A program made the translations under genes and the position numbers. Positions 9,642-19,995 of a DNA stretch of 47,777 nt are shown one piece after another. Numbering within the stretch: position 1 is the stretch's first letter; every line of letters starts with the position of its first letter. This stretch comes from Flavobacteriales bacterium (GTDB lineage: Bacteria; Bacteroidota; Bacteroidia; Palsa-965), in the NCBI GenBank assembly GCA_002737665.1, contig NSIF01000006.1, positions 1-47,777 on the forward strand, read 5' to 3'. Below the pieces are notes generated by a model, which worked only from the letters and a program-made list of their open reading frames with translations, made no database searches and was not told where the DNA came from.

Positions 9642-10448
9642 TTAATTATTAATTCCTTCAATTGTTTTTCTCACTGATCCAAATTGTTTCAATAAATCAT
9701 TGGATTTTTCATAGTCATATCCTGTTGCATCCATCACCATTTTCGTTCCACGGTCAATGAGTTTGTTGTTGCTCAATTGCATGTCTACCATTTTATTTCC
9801 TTTTACTCTTCCTAGTTTTATCATTACTGAAGTGGAAATCATATTGAGAATTAGTTTTTGAGCAGTACCGGCTTTTAATCTTGTGCTCCCTGTAATAAAT
9901 TCAGGACCAACAGTTGCAACCATTGGATATTTTGCAATTAAAGTGACTGCCGAGCCAGGATTACATGTAATACACGCTGTGAGAATTTCATTCGCATTGC
10001 ATAAATTTAAAGCACCAACTATGTAAGGTGTGCTACCCGACGCTGTAATGCCTATAACTACATCGTCTTTTCCTATTTCATGCTCTTGTAAATCTTTCCA
10101 TCCTTGTTCAATTTCATCTTCAGAAAATTCAACTGCTTTTCTCATTGCGCCATCTCCACCTGCTATGATGCCAATTACCATACCATGTGGCACTCCAAAC
10201 GTTGGTGGACATTCCGATGCATCAACAATTCCTAATCTTCCGCTTGTTCCAGCTCCTAAATAGAATAATCTTCCACCTTTCTGCATTTTTTCAAAAAGTG
10301 TATTAACAAAGGTTTCAATTTGTGGAATACAGCTTTCAATTGCAGTTGCCACAGTTTTATCTTCTTTGTTAATGTTCTCGAGAATTTCTACAACATTCAT
10401 TTGTTCTAGGTTGTTGTAATTTGATTCCGATTCAGTAATCCTTTCCAT
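9642..10448 (-). CDS. murQ: N-acetylmuramic acid 6-phosphate etherase
   Basis: GAGTSGRLGIVDASECPPTF, ASGSTPY, GPEFITGSTRLKAGTAQK, GNKMVD. Confidence 0.96.
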   Translation of the reverse strand: MERITESESNYNNLEQMNVVEILENINKEDKTVATAIESCIPQIETFVNTLFEKMQKGGRLFYLGAGTSGRLGIVDASECPPTFGVPHGMVIGIIAGGDGAMRKAVEFSEDEIEQGWKDLQEHEIGKDDVVIGITASGSTPYIVGALNLCNANEILTACITCNPGSAVTLIAKYPMVATVGPEFITGSTRLKAGTAQKLILNMISTSVMIKLGRVKGNKMVDMQLSNNKLIDRGTKMVMDATGYDYEKSNDLLKQFGSVRKTIEGINN

Positions 10449-10452
10449 AGGT

Positions 10453-10460
10453 CAAAGGTA
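10453..10460 (-). promoter_or_regulatory. -7 promoter box TACCTTTG of murQ
   Basis: Exact TAnnTTTG match 4 nt upstream of the ATG. Confidence 0.65.
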
Positions 10461-10705
10461 AGCAAGAGCTGATTTGATGCAATCGTTAAAGACAATTATT
10501 ATTTGATTCATTTTTAAATGACTATAAAATAGCCCTTCCAATGAATGCTTAAATACTAGCTTTAATTGAATCAATTTATTATTGAATTTTTGATTTATTA
10601 AAATATAGATTTAAATGCTTGCTTTTAGAATTTGCTAAATACAGAAAATTGCAAATACTTTCAATTTATGGTGAATTGCCTGATATTTTTTGCTTTATTT
10701 ACAAG

Positions 10706-12178
10706 ATGTCTTCTAATAATGTTGAATTAACATCTTCTAAAACACTTCGAAAAGTTATTTTAGCTTCATCAGCTGGAACGCTAATTGAGTGGTATGATTT
10801 TTATATTTTTGGTAGTCTGGCAACGATCATCGCTGAACGTTTTTTCCCTGCTAATAATCCTACAGCTGCTTATCTTTCAACACTTGCAATTTTTGCAACA
10901 GGCTTTATTGTCCGTCCTTTTGGAGCTATTGTTTTTGGCCGAATTGGAGATAAAGTTGGTCGCAAATACACATTTCTGATCACACTTTTGCTGATGGGAC
11001 TTTCCACTTTTGCTATTGGTTTGGTACCTGACTACAAACAAATCGGAATTTTTGCACCTTTACTTGTCTTGTTATTACGTTTGGTACAGGGCTTGGCTCT
11101 GGGTGGAGAATATGGAGGAGCAGCTATTTATGTTGCGGAGCATAGTCCTGAAAACCGTCGTGGATATTTTACAAGTTTCATTCAGACCACAGCTTCCTTC
11201 GGATTATTTATTTCGATTGCGGTTATTTTGACGACTAGGTATTTTCTTACTGCAGAAGAATTTAGTCAATGGGGCTGGCGAATTCCATTTCTACTTTCAA
11301 TTATTTTAGTTCTTGTTTCTTATATCATTCGTCGTAGTTTGCATGAATCGCCGGAATTTGCGGCTTTGAAAAGTAGTGGCAAAATTTCTAAAAATCCGAT
11401 CAAGGAAAGTTTTGGCAATAAAGAAAATTTGAAGTGGGTTTTACTTGCTTTGTTCGGTGCTTGTGCAGGACAAGGTGTGGTATGGTACACTGGACAATTT
11501 TATGCCATGTCATTTTTGCAAAAAATAATGAATATTGAATTTGTGCAGTCAAATGTTATTATTGCAACAGCAGTTTTATTGGCGATTCCTCTTTTTATTT
11601 ATTTTGGTAAACTTTCAGACCAAATTGGCCCTAAGAAAATAATGATGGCAGGTTTGTTATTGGCAGCTCTTTTTTATTATCCAATATATAAATCGATGTA
11701 TTCCATTGGTGATGTAACACTTAAAAAGGAAATTAGTAATCAGGTAGATGGAAAAATACAAGTCAGTCCACTGGCTGATGTAAAAGGAGTCGTTCATACA
11801 TACACAGATGGAAGTGTATTAGTAGAAAGTGTTTCAGGAAAATTGGTAAAAAAAGTATTAACGCTTGCGCCTCGGAGTATTTTATTTTTGATTTTGTTAG
11901 TTTTTATTCAGCTTATTTTTGTAACCATGGTTTACGGACCAATTGCGGCTTTCCTTGTGGATTTATTTCCTGTCAAAATTAGATATACTTCACTTTCTCT
12001 GCCTTATCATATCGGTAATGGAGTATTTGGTGGTTTAACACCTTTTATTGCTACTGCCACTGTTGCAGCAACAGGGAATGTATATTCAGGGTTAATTTAT
12101 CCAATAGCAATTGCGTTGACAACATTTTTTGTCGGAGTTTTTTTTATTAGTAAAAGGAGCGTTATTAATGCTAAGTGA
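10706..12178 (+). CDS. MFS transporter, metabolite:H+ symporter (MHS) family
   Basis: GTLIEWYDF, RPFGAIVFGRIGDKVGRK, RLVQGLALGGEYGG, WGWRIPF. The ATG at 10706 is preferred over the TTG at 10619. Confidence 0.92.
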   Translation: MSSNNVELTSSKTLRKVILASSAGTLIEWYDFYIFGSLATIIAERFFPANNPTAAYLSTLAIFATGFIVRPFGAIVFGRIGDKVGRKYTFLITLLLMGLSTFAIGLVPDYKQIGIFAPLLVLLLRLVQGLALGGEYGGAAIYVAEHSPENRRGYFTSFIQTTASFGLFISIAVILTTRYFLTAEEFSQWGWRIPFLLSIILVLVSYIIRRSLHESPEFAALKSSGKISKNPIKESFGNKENLKWVLLALFGACAGQGVVWYTGQFYAMSFLQKIMNIEFVQSNVIIATAVLLAIPLFIYFGKLSDQIGPKKIMMAGLLLAALFYYPIYKSMYSIGDVTLKKEISNQVDGKIQVSPLADVKGVVHTYTDGSVLVESVSGKLVKKVLTLAPRSILFLILLVFIQLIFVTMVYGPIAAFLVDLFPVKIRYTSLSLPYHIGNGVFGGLTPFIATATVAATGNVYSGLIYPIAIALTTFFVGVFFISKRSVINAK

Positions 12179-12221
12179 ATCTACCTTTTGAATCTCCCTA
12201 ATTGTTTTACGATTTAATAAT

Positions 12222-14642
12222 TTAATAAATCGCTGGCCATTTAATTGGGTCGGCTTCATTCATTAAAGCATAAACAGCATCATATATATCGACAACCGCA
12301 GGTTTACTGAAGAAATCGCCATCTGAACCATATGCAGGGCGATGATCCTTTGCTGTTAATGTTTTTGGTTCGCAATCTAAATATTTATACCCGCCTTGTA
12401 TTTCAATTATATTTTGAAGGATGAATGCTGACGCACCACCAGGTACATCTTCGTCCACTACAAGCAAACGATTTGTTTTTTTAATTGATTCAACGATTGA
12501 TTTGTTTTTGTCAAATGGCAACAATGTTTGCACATCAATTATTTCAACTGAAATTTCTGCTTCTTCTAATTGTTTTGCAGCATCCATACATAATCGAAGT
12601 GTGGCGCCATACGAAACGATAGTAATATGATTTCCTTCGCGTATTATTTCAGGTATTCCTAATTCCACTTTAAATTCTCCCCAATTTTCTGGTACACGTT
12701 CCTTCAGACGATATCCATTTAGTGGTTCAATAACTAAAGCAGGTTCATCAGCAGTAAGTAGTGTGTTGTAAATACCTGCTGCAATGGTCATGTTGCGAGG
12801 AACACAAACGTAAATACCACGCAAAGAATTAATAATCATTCCCATTGGCGAACCAGAATGCCATACTCCTTCTAATCGATGGCCACGAGTACGAATTATT
12901 ACTGGGGCTTTTTGACCACCAACAGTTCTCCATTGTAATGTTGCAAGGTCATCACTTAATATTTGCAATGCATATAACAAATAATCGAGGTATTGAATTT
13001 CAGCAATCGGTCGTAGGCCCCTCATTGCCATTCCAATTGCTTGTCCAACAATTGTTGCTTCACGAATACCAGTATCGAAGACTCTTATTTCGCCATATTT
13101 ATTTTGAAGTCCTTCTAGTCCTTGGTTGACACCTCCTATAAATCCGACATCTTCTCCAAAAATTACTAACTCAGGATAAACCGACAGTAGTTTGTCGAAA
13201 TTATCTCGGAGTATTTCTCTACCATCGTATAATTTCTCTTCTGCTCCATAAACCGGTTTTATTTCTTTTACTTGGAGCGCTGTTTCGCTATGTAAATTTG
13301 CACTGTATCTGTTGAAATTTGCAAGGGTACTATTTTTTAACCACTCTATTAAATTATTTTTTGCAATATTATTTTCATTTTTCGCATGTCGCAATGCTGT
13401 TTTAGCAGCAGTTATCATATCGCGACGAACGGGTTCTGTAGTTGTCGAAAGATCGTTTTTAACTTTAGAAATGTTAGCTTCATTAGAGGATTGTTTCGCT
13501 AACTCATCGATCAAGGGAAGTAAATCGATTAATTCAGCTTTTAATGGCTCACGATAGGCATCCCATGCAGCTCGACGATCATTTTTAATTTTTTCTTTTA
13601 CTTCTTTTTCTAATTGATCTAATTCTGCTTCTGAACTGATTTTTGTAGCAAGAATCCATTCTCTAAATTTTTTAATACAATCGAAATCATTTTCCCACTT
13701 TAATCTTTCCTGTGTTTTGTAACGCTCATGCGATCCAGATGTAGAATGCCCTTGTGGTTGGCTAACTTCTTCTACATGAACCAAAACAGGGACATGCTCA
13801 TCTCTACACACTTTTGATGCTTTTTCGTAAGTTTCTATCAAATGTGGATAATCCCAACCTCGTGTCTTGAAAATCTGAAAACCTGTATGAAATTCAGTTC
13901 TTTGAAATCCAGAAAGAGCTTCTGAAATACTTTCTTTTGTAGTTTGATATTTTTTGGGAACAGAGATGCCGTAACCATCGTCCCAAACAGAAACTAACAT
14001 AGGTATTTGCATCACTGCCGCTGCATTCATTGTTTCCCAAAATAAACCTTCTGATGTAGAAGCGTCACCAATTGTACCAAATGCAATTTCATTTCCTTTA
14101 GTTGAAAATTTAGAAAAATGAAGCGATTGTAAATTAATATTTTGTCTGTAATGTTTTGATGCAAGCGCCAAGCCTAACAGTCGCGGCATTTGTGATCCAG
14201 TTGGTGAAATATCTGATGAAGAGTTTTTAATTTTTGTTAAGTCTTTCCAGGATCCGTCCGAATTCAAACTTCGTGTTGCAAAGTGGCCATTCATTTGGCG
14301 ACCAGCTGAAGAAGGTTCCGCTGTTAAATCAGTATGTGCATATAATTGTGCAAACCATTCTTGTATGGAAAGATTGCCGGTTGCAAACATAAAAGTTTGA
14401 TCGCGGTAATAACCCGAACGAAAGTCTCCTTCACGAAATGATTTCGCCATTGCTACTTGAGCTACTTCTTTGCCATCACCAAATATTCCGAATTTTGCTT
14501 TGCCAGTAAGTACTTCTTTTCTTCCTGTTAAACTGGCTTCTCGGCTTTCATTTGCAATACGATAATCTTCGAGAACAATGTTTTTGAAATCTCTAATTTT
14601 TTCATCCGAAACAGATGTATGTCTCTCCGCTGTTTTATTCAT
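12222..14642 (-). CDS. 2-oxoacid dehydrogenase E1 with fused alpha and beta subunits, probably branched-chain
   Basis: GYYRD, ThDP-binding GDASTSEG, GHSTS, beta-part FGEDVG, DTGIRE, AEIQY. Confidence 0.9.
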   Translation of the reverse strand: MNKTAERHTSVSDEKIRDFKNIVLEDYRIANESREASLTGRKEVLTGKAKFGIFGDGKEVAQVAMAKSFREGDFRSGYYRDQTFMFATGNLSIQEWFAQLYAHTDLTAEPSSAGRQMNGHFATRSLNSDGSWKDLTKIKNSSSDISPTGSQMPRLLGLALASKHYRQNINLQSLHFSKFSTKGNEIAFGTIGDASTSEGLFWETMNAAAVMQIPMLVSVWDDGYGISVPKKYQTTKESISEALSGFQRTEFHTGFQIFKTRGWDYPHLIETYEKASKVCRDEHVPVLVHVEEVSQPQGHSTSGSHERYKTQERLKWENDFDCIKKFREWILATKISSEAELDQLEKEVKEKIKNDRRAAWDAYREPLKAELIDLLPLIDELAKQSSNEANISKVKNDLSTTTEPVRRDMITAAKTALRHAKNENNIAKNNLIEWLKNSTLANFNRYSANLHSETALQVKEIKPVYGAEEKLYDGREILRDNFDKLLSVYPELVIFGEDVGFIGGVNQGLEGLQNKYGEIRVFDTGIREATIVGQAIGMAMRGLRPIAEIQYLDYLLYALQILSDDLATLQWRTVGGQKAPVIIRTRGHRLEGVWHSGSPMGMIINSLRGIYVCVPRNMTIAAGIYNTLLTADEPALVIEPLNGYRLKERVPENWGEFKVELGIPEIIREGNHITIVSYGATLRLCMDAAKQLEEAEISVEIIDVQTLLPFDKNKSIVESIKKTNRLLVVDEDVPGGASAFILQNIIEIQGGYKYLDCEPKTLTAKDHRPAYGSDGDFFSKPAVVDIYDAVYALMNEADPIKWPAIY

Positions 14643-14842
14643 ATTTGCGGTTTTGTTTTAATTGCTTAAATTTTACTTGAAATTGTATTAAAATTACGTA
14701 TCGCTAAGGTAGGACTAAAATTAAGTATTTTAGCTTGTAAATACTTGTTATGTAAGGACAGGTATGTTTTTATTGTAAAAATCAAATCATTTGATTTTAG
14801 TATAAATAACATTTGACATTAGCACTTCTGCTTTACTGTCAT

Positions 14843-14876
14843 AAAAAAAGGGAAACTGACAAGCAGCTTCCCTTTT
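14843..14876 (-). terminator. Rho-independent terminator
   Basis: AAAAGGGAA.CTG-loop-CAG.TTCCCTTTT hairpin with a U-tract on the minus strand, just after the 14896 gene. Confidence 0.75.
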
Positions 14877-14895
14877 AAAAGTTTTCAGATAAAAA

Positions 14896-15192
14896 TTAAT
14901 GCCCTTTTGCGTGTTCTTCTTCAGCTTTTGTAGCTAAAGTATCTTTTACAACTCCACTTTCGTGATTGGTTGCTGCTGGTTCTGTTTGATGACCTTCGTG
15001 CATCATTGTTTCTTTTCCTTCTGATTTTTCATCTGTTATTCCCCATCGTTCTGTTCCTGAATTACTAAACGCAATGCAACCTATTGTTACAAAACCTAAA
15101 GCAATAATTAGAACTCCAATAACTCCAGCCCACCAGCCCTTTGTATAGGTTTGGCCTTTTCCTTCTGCTTTATGTTCATCGTGGTTGCTCAT
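14896..15192 (-). CDS. Small single-TM protein with a His/Glu-rich tail
   Basis: One hydrophobic helix (WWAGVIGVLIIALGFVTIGCIAF). A-rich initiation region; terminator follows. Confidence 0.65.
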   Translation of the reverse strand: MSNHDEHKAEGKGQTYTKGWWAGVIGVLIIALGFVTIGCIAFSNSGTERWGITDEKSEGKETMMHEGHQTEPAATNHESGVVKDTLATKAEEEHAKGH

Positions 15193-15243
15193 AAATTTAT
15201 TTTTTTTATTTTTTAAAATAATATTTTTTAACCTTCAATTATT

Positions 15244-16314
15244 TTATGCATGTGCACCTATTGTTTTGAGGTAGAAAATATGTGATTTCAAAGCTTTGAA
15301 TAAATTAGGATATACAACAATTGGAACTTTGTAACTCTTGCAAAGATCTTGAATGATTTGGTGTAATGCAGGGTAATGAACATGACTAATTTTTGGAAAT
15401 AGATGGTGTTCAAGTTGAAAATTTAATCCCCCTGTAAGCCAAAGCATTGTTTTGCTTTTTGTTGAAAAGTTAGCCGTAGTTGCAAATTGATGCAATATCC
15501 AAGACTCTTCCATTTTATTGGTTTCTTCTGAGGGCATCGGAAAATCAACATTTTCTACAACGTGAGCTAATTGGAAAACGATACTTAAAACAACTCCACA
15601 AACAAGAGCAGTAACAAGGTAGCCTATTAATGCAGGAACAATTCCAACCAAATACATTGGTATTAGCAGGTAAACAAAAACGTACATTATTTTTGTAATC
15701 CAAAATATAATGTGTTCACTTACAGTTAATTTTTTCAATTTGAATCCAGCTATTTTTCCAGTAAAATATTTGGAAAAATCTCGTTGAAAAACCCACCATA
15801 GCCATGTGAGAGAGTAGAGTAGTGGGAAGTAAATATGTTGGTATTTATGAAACCAATACCTTTTTTGATGCTCGTTAGTCCGAATAAATGGTTTGATATC
15901 AATGTCGTCATCCTGGCCTTCAATATTGGTATAGGTATGGTGAATGACATTGTGTTTTATTTTCCACATTGAAGAGCTAGCACCCATCATGTTTGCTGTA
16001 TAGGCCATTATCTCATTCAACCAGTGTTTTTGCGAATAACTTCCATGGGCACCATCATGCATCACATTAAAACCAATAACTGCAATGTTAATTCCAAATA
16101 GTGCACAAAGTATTAGACTTATCCATGCTTCAGGTTGAACAAAAACAAGTATCCAATAGTTAGTAATAGCTGCTGAAATTACAATCGCTGTCTTTATATA
16201 TAGTTTCCAGTTTCCAGTGATTTTAATATTTCGAGTCGAAAAATATTCTTCTACTACCTTTTTTAAAGTTGTAGAAAAATCGGTTTGTTTATTATCAAAA
16301 GAAATTTTTGCCAT
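15244..16314 (-). CDS. Membrane fatty-acid (acyl-CoA/lipid) desaturase
   Basis: Three His boxes HDGAH, HNVIHH and QLEHHLFP, plus TM segments. Confidence 0.92.
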   Translation of the reverse strand: MAKISFDNKQTDFSTTLKKVVEEYFSTRNIKITGNWKLYIKTAIVISAAITNYWILVFVQPEAWISLILCALFGINIAVIGFNVMHDGAHGSYSQKHWLNEIMAYTANMMGASSSMWKIKHNVIHHTYTNIEGQDDDIDIKPFIRTNEHQKRYWFHKYQHIYFPLLYSLTWLWWVFQRDFSKYFTGKIAGFKLKKLTVSEHIIFWITKIMYVFVYLLIPMYLVGIVPALIGYLVTALVCGVVLSIVFQLAHVVENVDFPMPSEETNKMEESWILHQFATTANFSTKSKTMLWLTGGLNFQLEHHLFPKISHVHYPALHQIIQDLCKSYKVPIVVYPNLFKALKSHIFYLKTIGAHA

Positions 16315-16473
16315 TTTTGATTTGTTTTTAATTTATCTTAAAAAGCATGAAACCCTATCTTGTAATTCAATCTATAAAATAAACACAAAGACATGAACTC
16401 GCATTTTATTAAAATGTCAGGTATTTGTTCTTGTGTTAATCTAAATTCTATCTAAATTGATTAAACTAATCGT

Positions 16474-16755
16474 TTAATAGCGGTCTCTTCGATCGTTATC
16501 AGATGGTTTATCAGTTTTAGGTCGGGCTTCATTGACATTGATATTGCGGCCCTTAATGTTAGCGCCATTTAACTCAGCAATTGCCTTGTTAGCGGAATCA
16601 TTGTCTGGCATTTCAGCAAATGCAAAGCCTTTGCTTCTTTGCGTGAACTTGTCAACGATAATTTTTACCGATGTTACTTCTCCGTACTGAGATAGCATAC
16701 CGAGCAAATCTTCTTCTGTTGTTGCCCAGGCGAGGTTGTTGATGAAAAGGTTCAT
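16474..16755 (-). CDS. RRM-domain RNA-binding protein
   Basis: RNP2 LFINNL, RNP1 KGFAFAEM, LNGANIKGRNINVNEARP. Confidence 0.95.
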   Translation of the reverse strand: MNLFINNLAWATTEEDLLGMLSQYGEVTSVKIIVDKFTQRSKGFAFAEMPDNDSANKAIAELNGANIKGRNINVNEARPKTDKPSDNDRRDRY

Positions 16756-16824
16756 TTATTTAGGTCTTTATTTATTATTTATTTATAGCCACTGAATTAG
16801 TTCGGGGGCTTTATTTATTAGGGA

Positions 16825-16832
16825 CAAAGATA
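16825..16832 (-). promoter_or_regulatory. -7 promoter box TATCTTTG of the RRM gene
   Basis: Exact TAnnTTTG match about 70 nt upstream of the ATG. Confidence 0.55.
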
Positions 16833-17269
16833 GGTAGAATTCGCACTATTGCGTTCGGTTGCTATTATTTCATTAACATTCAATTCTTCAAAAATTTAGT
16901 TAAAATTTATAGAACGGCCAAATTTGAAACCAAATAGTACGAAAATACCCTCTGATTTTGAGTAAATTATATCATTTATAGGGTATTAAAATACAGGAAA
17001 CCTCAGTCTGTCTATTTTTATTCTCCTTCCTTTTTTTTGTTAAATTTTTATTGAATCTGCTTGTATTTCAAAATTTAGATTTTTTTTTCATTTTGGTTGA
17101 ATAATATTGGTGCAAATTTATGTGTGTTTTACTTATCCTTTCGGTTTTTGTGTTTATTGAGTTATTCGTTTTTAGCATTTATTGATTAATTACACGCGTT
17201 ATCGGATTTATATATAAGTAGCAAAATCATTCAAAATAGAATTAACTTTGTTGGATATATATATCCTAA

Positions 17270-18016
17270 ATGAATTTACAAGATCAAATAAATACGCTAT
17301 TAACTGTTTCTGGCTTAGTAAGTCTTTTGACATTGACATTACTTGAAATAGTTTTGGGAATCGACAATATTATTTTTATTTCTATTATTGCTGAGAAAGT
17401 TAAAGATCCTGCTCAAAGAAAAAAAGCTCGTGGCTTAGGGTTGTTGCTAGCTCTCTTAATTCGTGTGGCTTTATTGTTTGCAATATCCTGGATTATTAAA
17501 ATGGATAAAGACTTGTTCACTGTTTTTGAACATGGATTCAGTGGTAAAGCGATCATACTTTTAATAGGAGGAGTTTTTTTGTTAGCGAAAACAACTTCTG
17601 AGATTCATGAAAAAATGGAGCAAGCAGATGATAGTGAGAAGGAAAAAAGAATGAGACCAAGTACAACTATCTTATCTGTTATTTTACAAATATGTTTTAT
17701 AGACATTGTTTTTTCCTTCGATTCGATTCTGACAGCAATTGGTATTATTGATGCGCGTCTAATTTTGATTATGATCATTGCTGTCGTTATATCAATGTTT
17801 ATTATGTTTTTGTTTTCCGAAAAAGTCAGCAGTTTTATCGAAAAAAATCCAACTATGAAAATGTTAGCACTGGCGTTTTTATTAATGATTGGATTTTTGT
17901 TAATCTTGGAAGCATTCGATGTACACGTTCCTAAACCCTATGTGTATTCTGCAATGTTCTTTGCATTTACTGTAGAGTTGTTGAATATGCGTTTGCGGAA
18001 AAAAAAACAGATGTAA
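17270..18016 (+). CDS. TerC family membrane protein
   Basis: LEIVLGIDNIIFISI, DIVFSFDSILTAIG, PTMKMLALAFL. Confidence 0.93.
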   Translation: MNLQDQINTLLTVSGLVSLLTLTLLEIVLGIDNIIFISIIAEKVKDPAQRKKARGLGLLLALLIRVALLFAISWIIKMDKDLFTVFEHGFSGKAIILLIGGVFLLAKTTSEIHEKMEQADDSEKEKRMRPSTTILSVILQICFIDIVFSFDSILTAIGIIDARLILIMIIAVVISMFIMFLFSEKVSSFIEKNPTMKMLALAFLLMIGFLLILEAFDVHVPKPYVYSAMFFAFTVELLNMRLRKKKQM

Positions 18017-18017
18017 T

Positions 18018-18893
18018 TTAAGCGAACAGTTCTAATATAACAAACGTTGCAAAAATTACACTTGCAATTCCGTTTGTCGTTCCAAATGCTCTTGTTACTC
18101 TACTCAAATCTGTTGGCTTTACAATGCTATGCTGGTAAACGATTAGCGTAAAGTAAAATCCAAAACCAATCCAATAAAAGAGGCCAAAATGTGCATCCCA
18201 ACCTGCGTAAAAAATAAAAAATAGGGAAATCAAATGAAAAAATTTTGAAACAAGTAAGGCACTTTTAGCTCCTAGTTTTGCGGGAATTGAATGTAGCTTA
18301 TTTTGTTTATCAAAACTTTCATCTTGCAAGGCATAGATCAAATCGAATCCACCCACCCAAAAAATTACTGCAAATGAATAGTAGAGTGGAAGCCAAGCAA
18401 ATTCGCCAGTTACTGCCAACCATGCTCCAATAGGGGCGAGCGAAAGTCCAATGCCTAGAATGAGGTGGCAAAGTGCAGTAAATCTTTTTGTATAGGAATA
18501 TCCCAATACAACAATCAAAGCAAGGGGAGAGAGGTAAAAACAAATTGGATTAATAAATAATGTACTGCCAATAAATAACAACGAGCTCAGAACCACAAAA
18601 AAGATTGCTCTAGAGGGTGAAATTTTACCTGTAGGTATTTCTCGGTCAGCGGTTCTTACATTTTTGGAATCAATATCGCTATCAATGTATCTGTTGAAAG
18701 CCATGGCTGCGCTTCTTGCGAAAACCATGCAAAGTATAACTAATGCGAACTGTTGGATTGAAAAATGTGCATTCTTTGTAAATTTCACCGCAAGAAAATA
18801 GCCAATTATAGCAAATGGCATTGCGAAAATCGTGTGACTAAAAACGATCAATGAAAAATAATCAGAAATTTTTGTTTTTTGAGTCTTGTTCAC
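18018..18893 (-). CDS. ubiA: UbiA-family aromatic polyprenyltransferase, MqnP-like subgroup
   Basis: HTIFAMPFA, ARSAAMAFNRYIDSDID..N.RT..REIP.G, YSYTKRFT, FDLIYALQD..FD. The GTG start overlaps the upstream TGA. Confidence 0.88.
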   Translation of the reverse strand: MNKTQKTKISDYFSLIVFSHTIFAMPFAIIGYFLAVKFTKNAHFSIQQFALVILCMVFARSAAMAFNRYIDSDIDSKNVRTADREIPTGKISPSRAIFFVVLSSLLFIGSTLFINPICFYLSPLALIVVLGYSYTKRFTALCHLILGIGLSLAPIGAWLAVTGEFAWLPLYYSFAVIFWVGGFDLIYALQDESFDKQNKLHSIPAKLGAKSALLVSKFFHLISLFFIFYAGWDAHFGLFYWIGFGFYFTLIVYQHSIVKPTDLSRVTRAFGTTNGIASVIFATFVILELFA

Positions 18894-19147
18894 TTTGTGA
18901 ATTGAAAATATAATAACATAATGATTGGAGTCGAATTCAAAAGAAGACCTACATACCCTAGATTAATCCATTTACTCACAATTTGGTATCGACTGCTGTA
19001 CAAAACATAAATACTAGCACACAAAAACCCTGGTAGCATACACAAAAATGCAATGGGAGTTCCCCAACCTGGTAACTGAGCAGCAATGCAGACAACTAAG
19101 CCAAGAATTAAACCAATCCAACCGAAAACGGGCGTAAGTTTTTGCAT
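18890..19147 (-). CDS. Small membrane protein, about 3 TM helices
   Basis: Hydrophobic ORF coupled to the prenyltransferase by a GTGA overlap. The ATG at 19147 is preferred because the TTG at 19153 is part of a TACCTTTG promoter box. Confidence 0.65.
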   Translation of the reverse strand: MQKLTPVFGWIGLILGLVVCIAAQLPGWGTPIAFLCMLPGFLCASIYVLYSSRYQIVSKWINLGYVGLLLNSTPIIMLLYFQFTK

Positions 19148-19290
19148 AGTCAAAGGTACATTTTGTTAGACTAAGGGTAACTTTTTTTAATAATTTAATT
19201 TGTTCAATTATTGTATTAGATTTAAAACAATTTTATCTTAAAATATATTTTAAATATTACTTTTTTTTAATTGATATTTGCAATTAATTC

Positions 19291-19932
19291 ATGAAATTAA
19301 TTATTCCCTTTCTAGTTTTATTTATTAGCTCCTTTAGCTTTGCACAGAGCGATTCTGTAAGGTATGTGCCTGGGTTCAAGTTTAACGAAGGTATTTATCT
19401 TGATTATAGAAGTTTTAAAGCAAATAAGCCCGTCGCCAAAGCACAAATTATTGCTGATTATTCTAAAGAGGAGTTGGATTTTGTTCGTAAAATCATCGCT
19501 AAACGATTTATTACTTACCTCGATACTTTGGGGAGAATAACAGAGGTAAATGCACAAAGTTTATGGGGCTTTTCAGAAAATAATTCCATTTACATTCGAT
19601 ATAATGGTGATTTTAACAAAATTGTAGTATTGGGTGGTCTTTGCCACTTTACAGCATTATTTACTACCTACTTTTCAAGTAGTCCTACGATGGGTGTAGG
19701 GCAAACTACCGGCACGCCTGTAGAAAGTATTCAACAATATATTTTAGATATACAAACTGGGCAAGTGTTTGATTATGTACTTCCTAATATGGAAGAATTG
19801 CTAAAGCGTGATGCTAATTTATACATAGAATTTATGGCATTTAGCAAGAGAAAGCGTAGGCAAATGATGTTTATATATTTGCGAAAGTACAATGAGCGTC
19901 AGGGTTTGTATTTAGGACTTCCATCAAAGTAA
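19291..19932 (+). CDS. Secreted hypothetical protein
   Basis: Signal peptide ending SFA-Q; 213-aa ORF; family not recognised. Confidence 0.7.
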   Translation: MKLIIPFLVLFISSFSFAQSDSVRYVPGFKFNEGIYLDYRSFKANKPVAKAQIIADYSKEELDFVRKIIAKRFITYLDTLGRITEVNAQSLWGFSENNSIYIRYNGDFNKIVVLGGLCHFTALFTTYFSSSPTMGVGQTTGTPVESIQQYILDIQTGQVFDYVLPNMEELLKRDANLYIEFMAFSKRKRRQMMFIYLRKYNERQGLYLGLPSK

Positions 19933-19995
19933 TATTAGAAATGAAGTGCCGAGTTTTTTTCCGATATTTGTATTCTAAATTTAATCAATATACTG

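Noticed and set aside
10619-10705. TTG-start extension of the MFS gene
   Set aside because: MHS homology begins after the ATG at 10706, and the extension looks like promoter DNA.
16833-17269. Long AT-rich spacer upstream of terC as a yybP-ykoY riboswitch or sRNA
   Set aside because: No convincing GC stems or conserved riboswitch core could be seen, and a TAACTTTG box lies only about 20 nt before the terC start.
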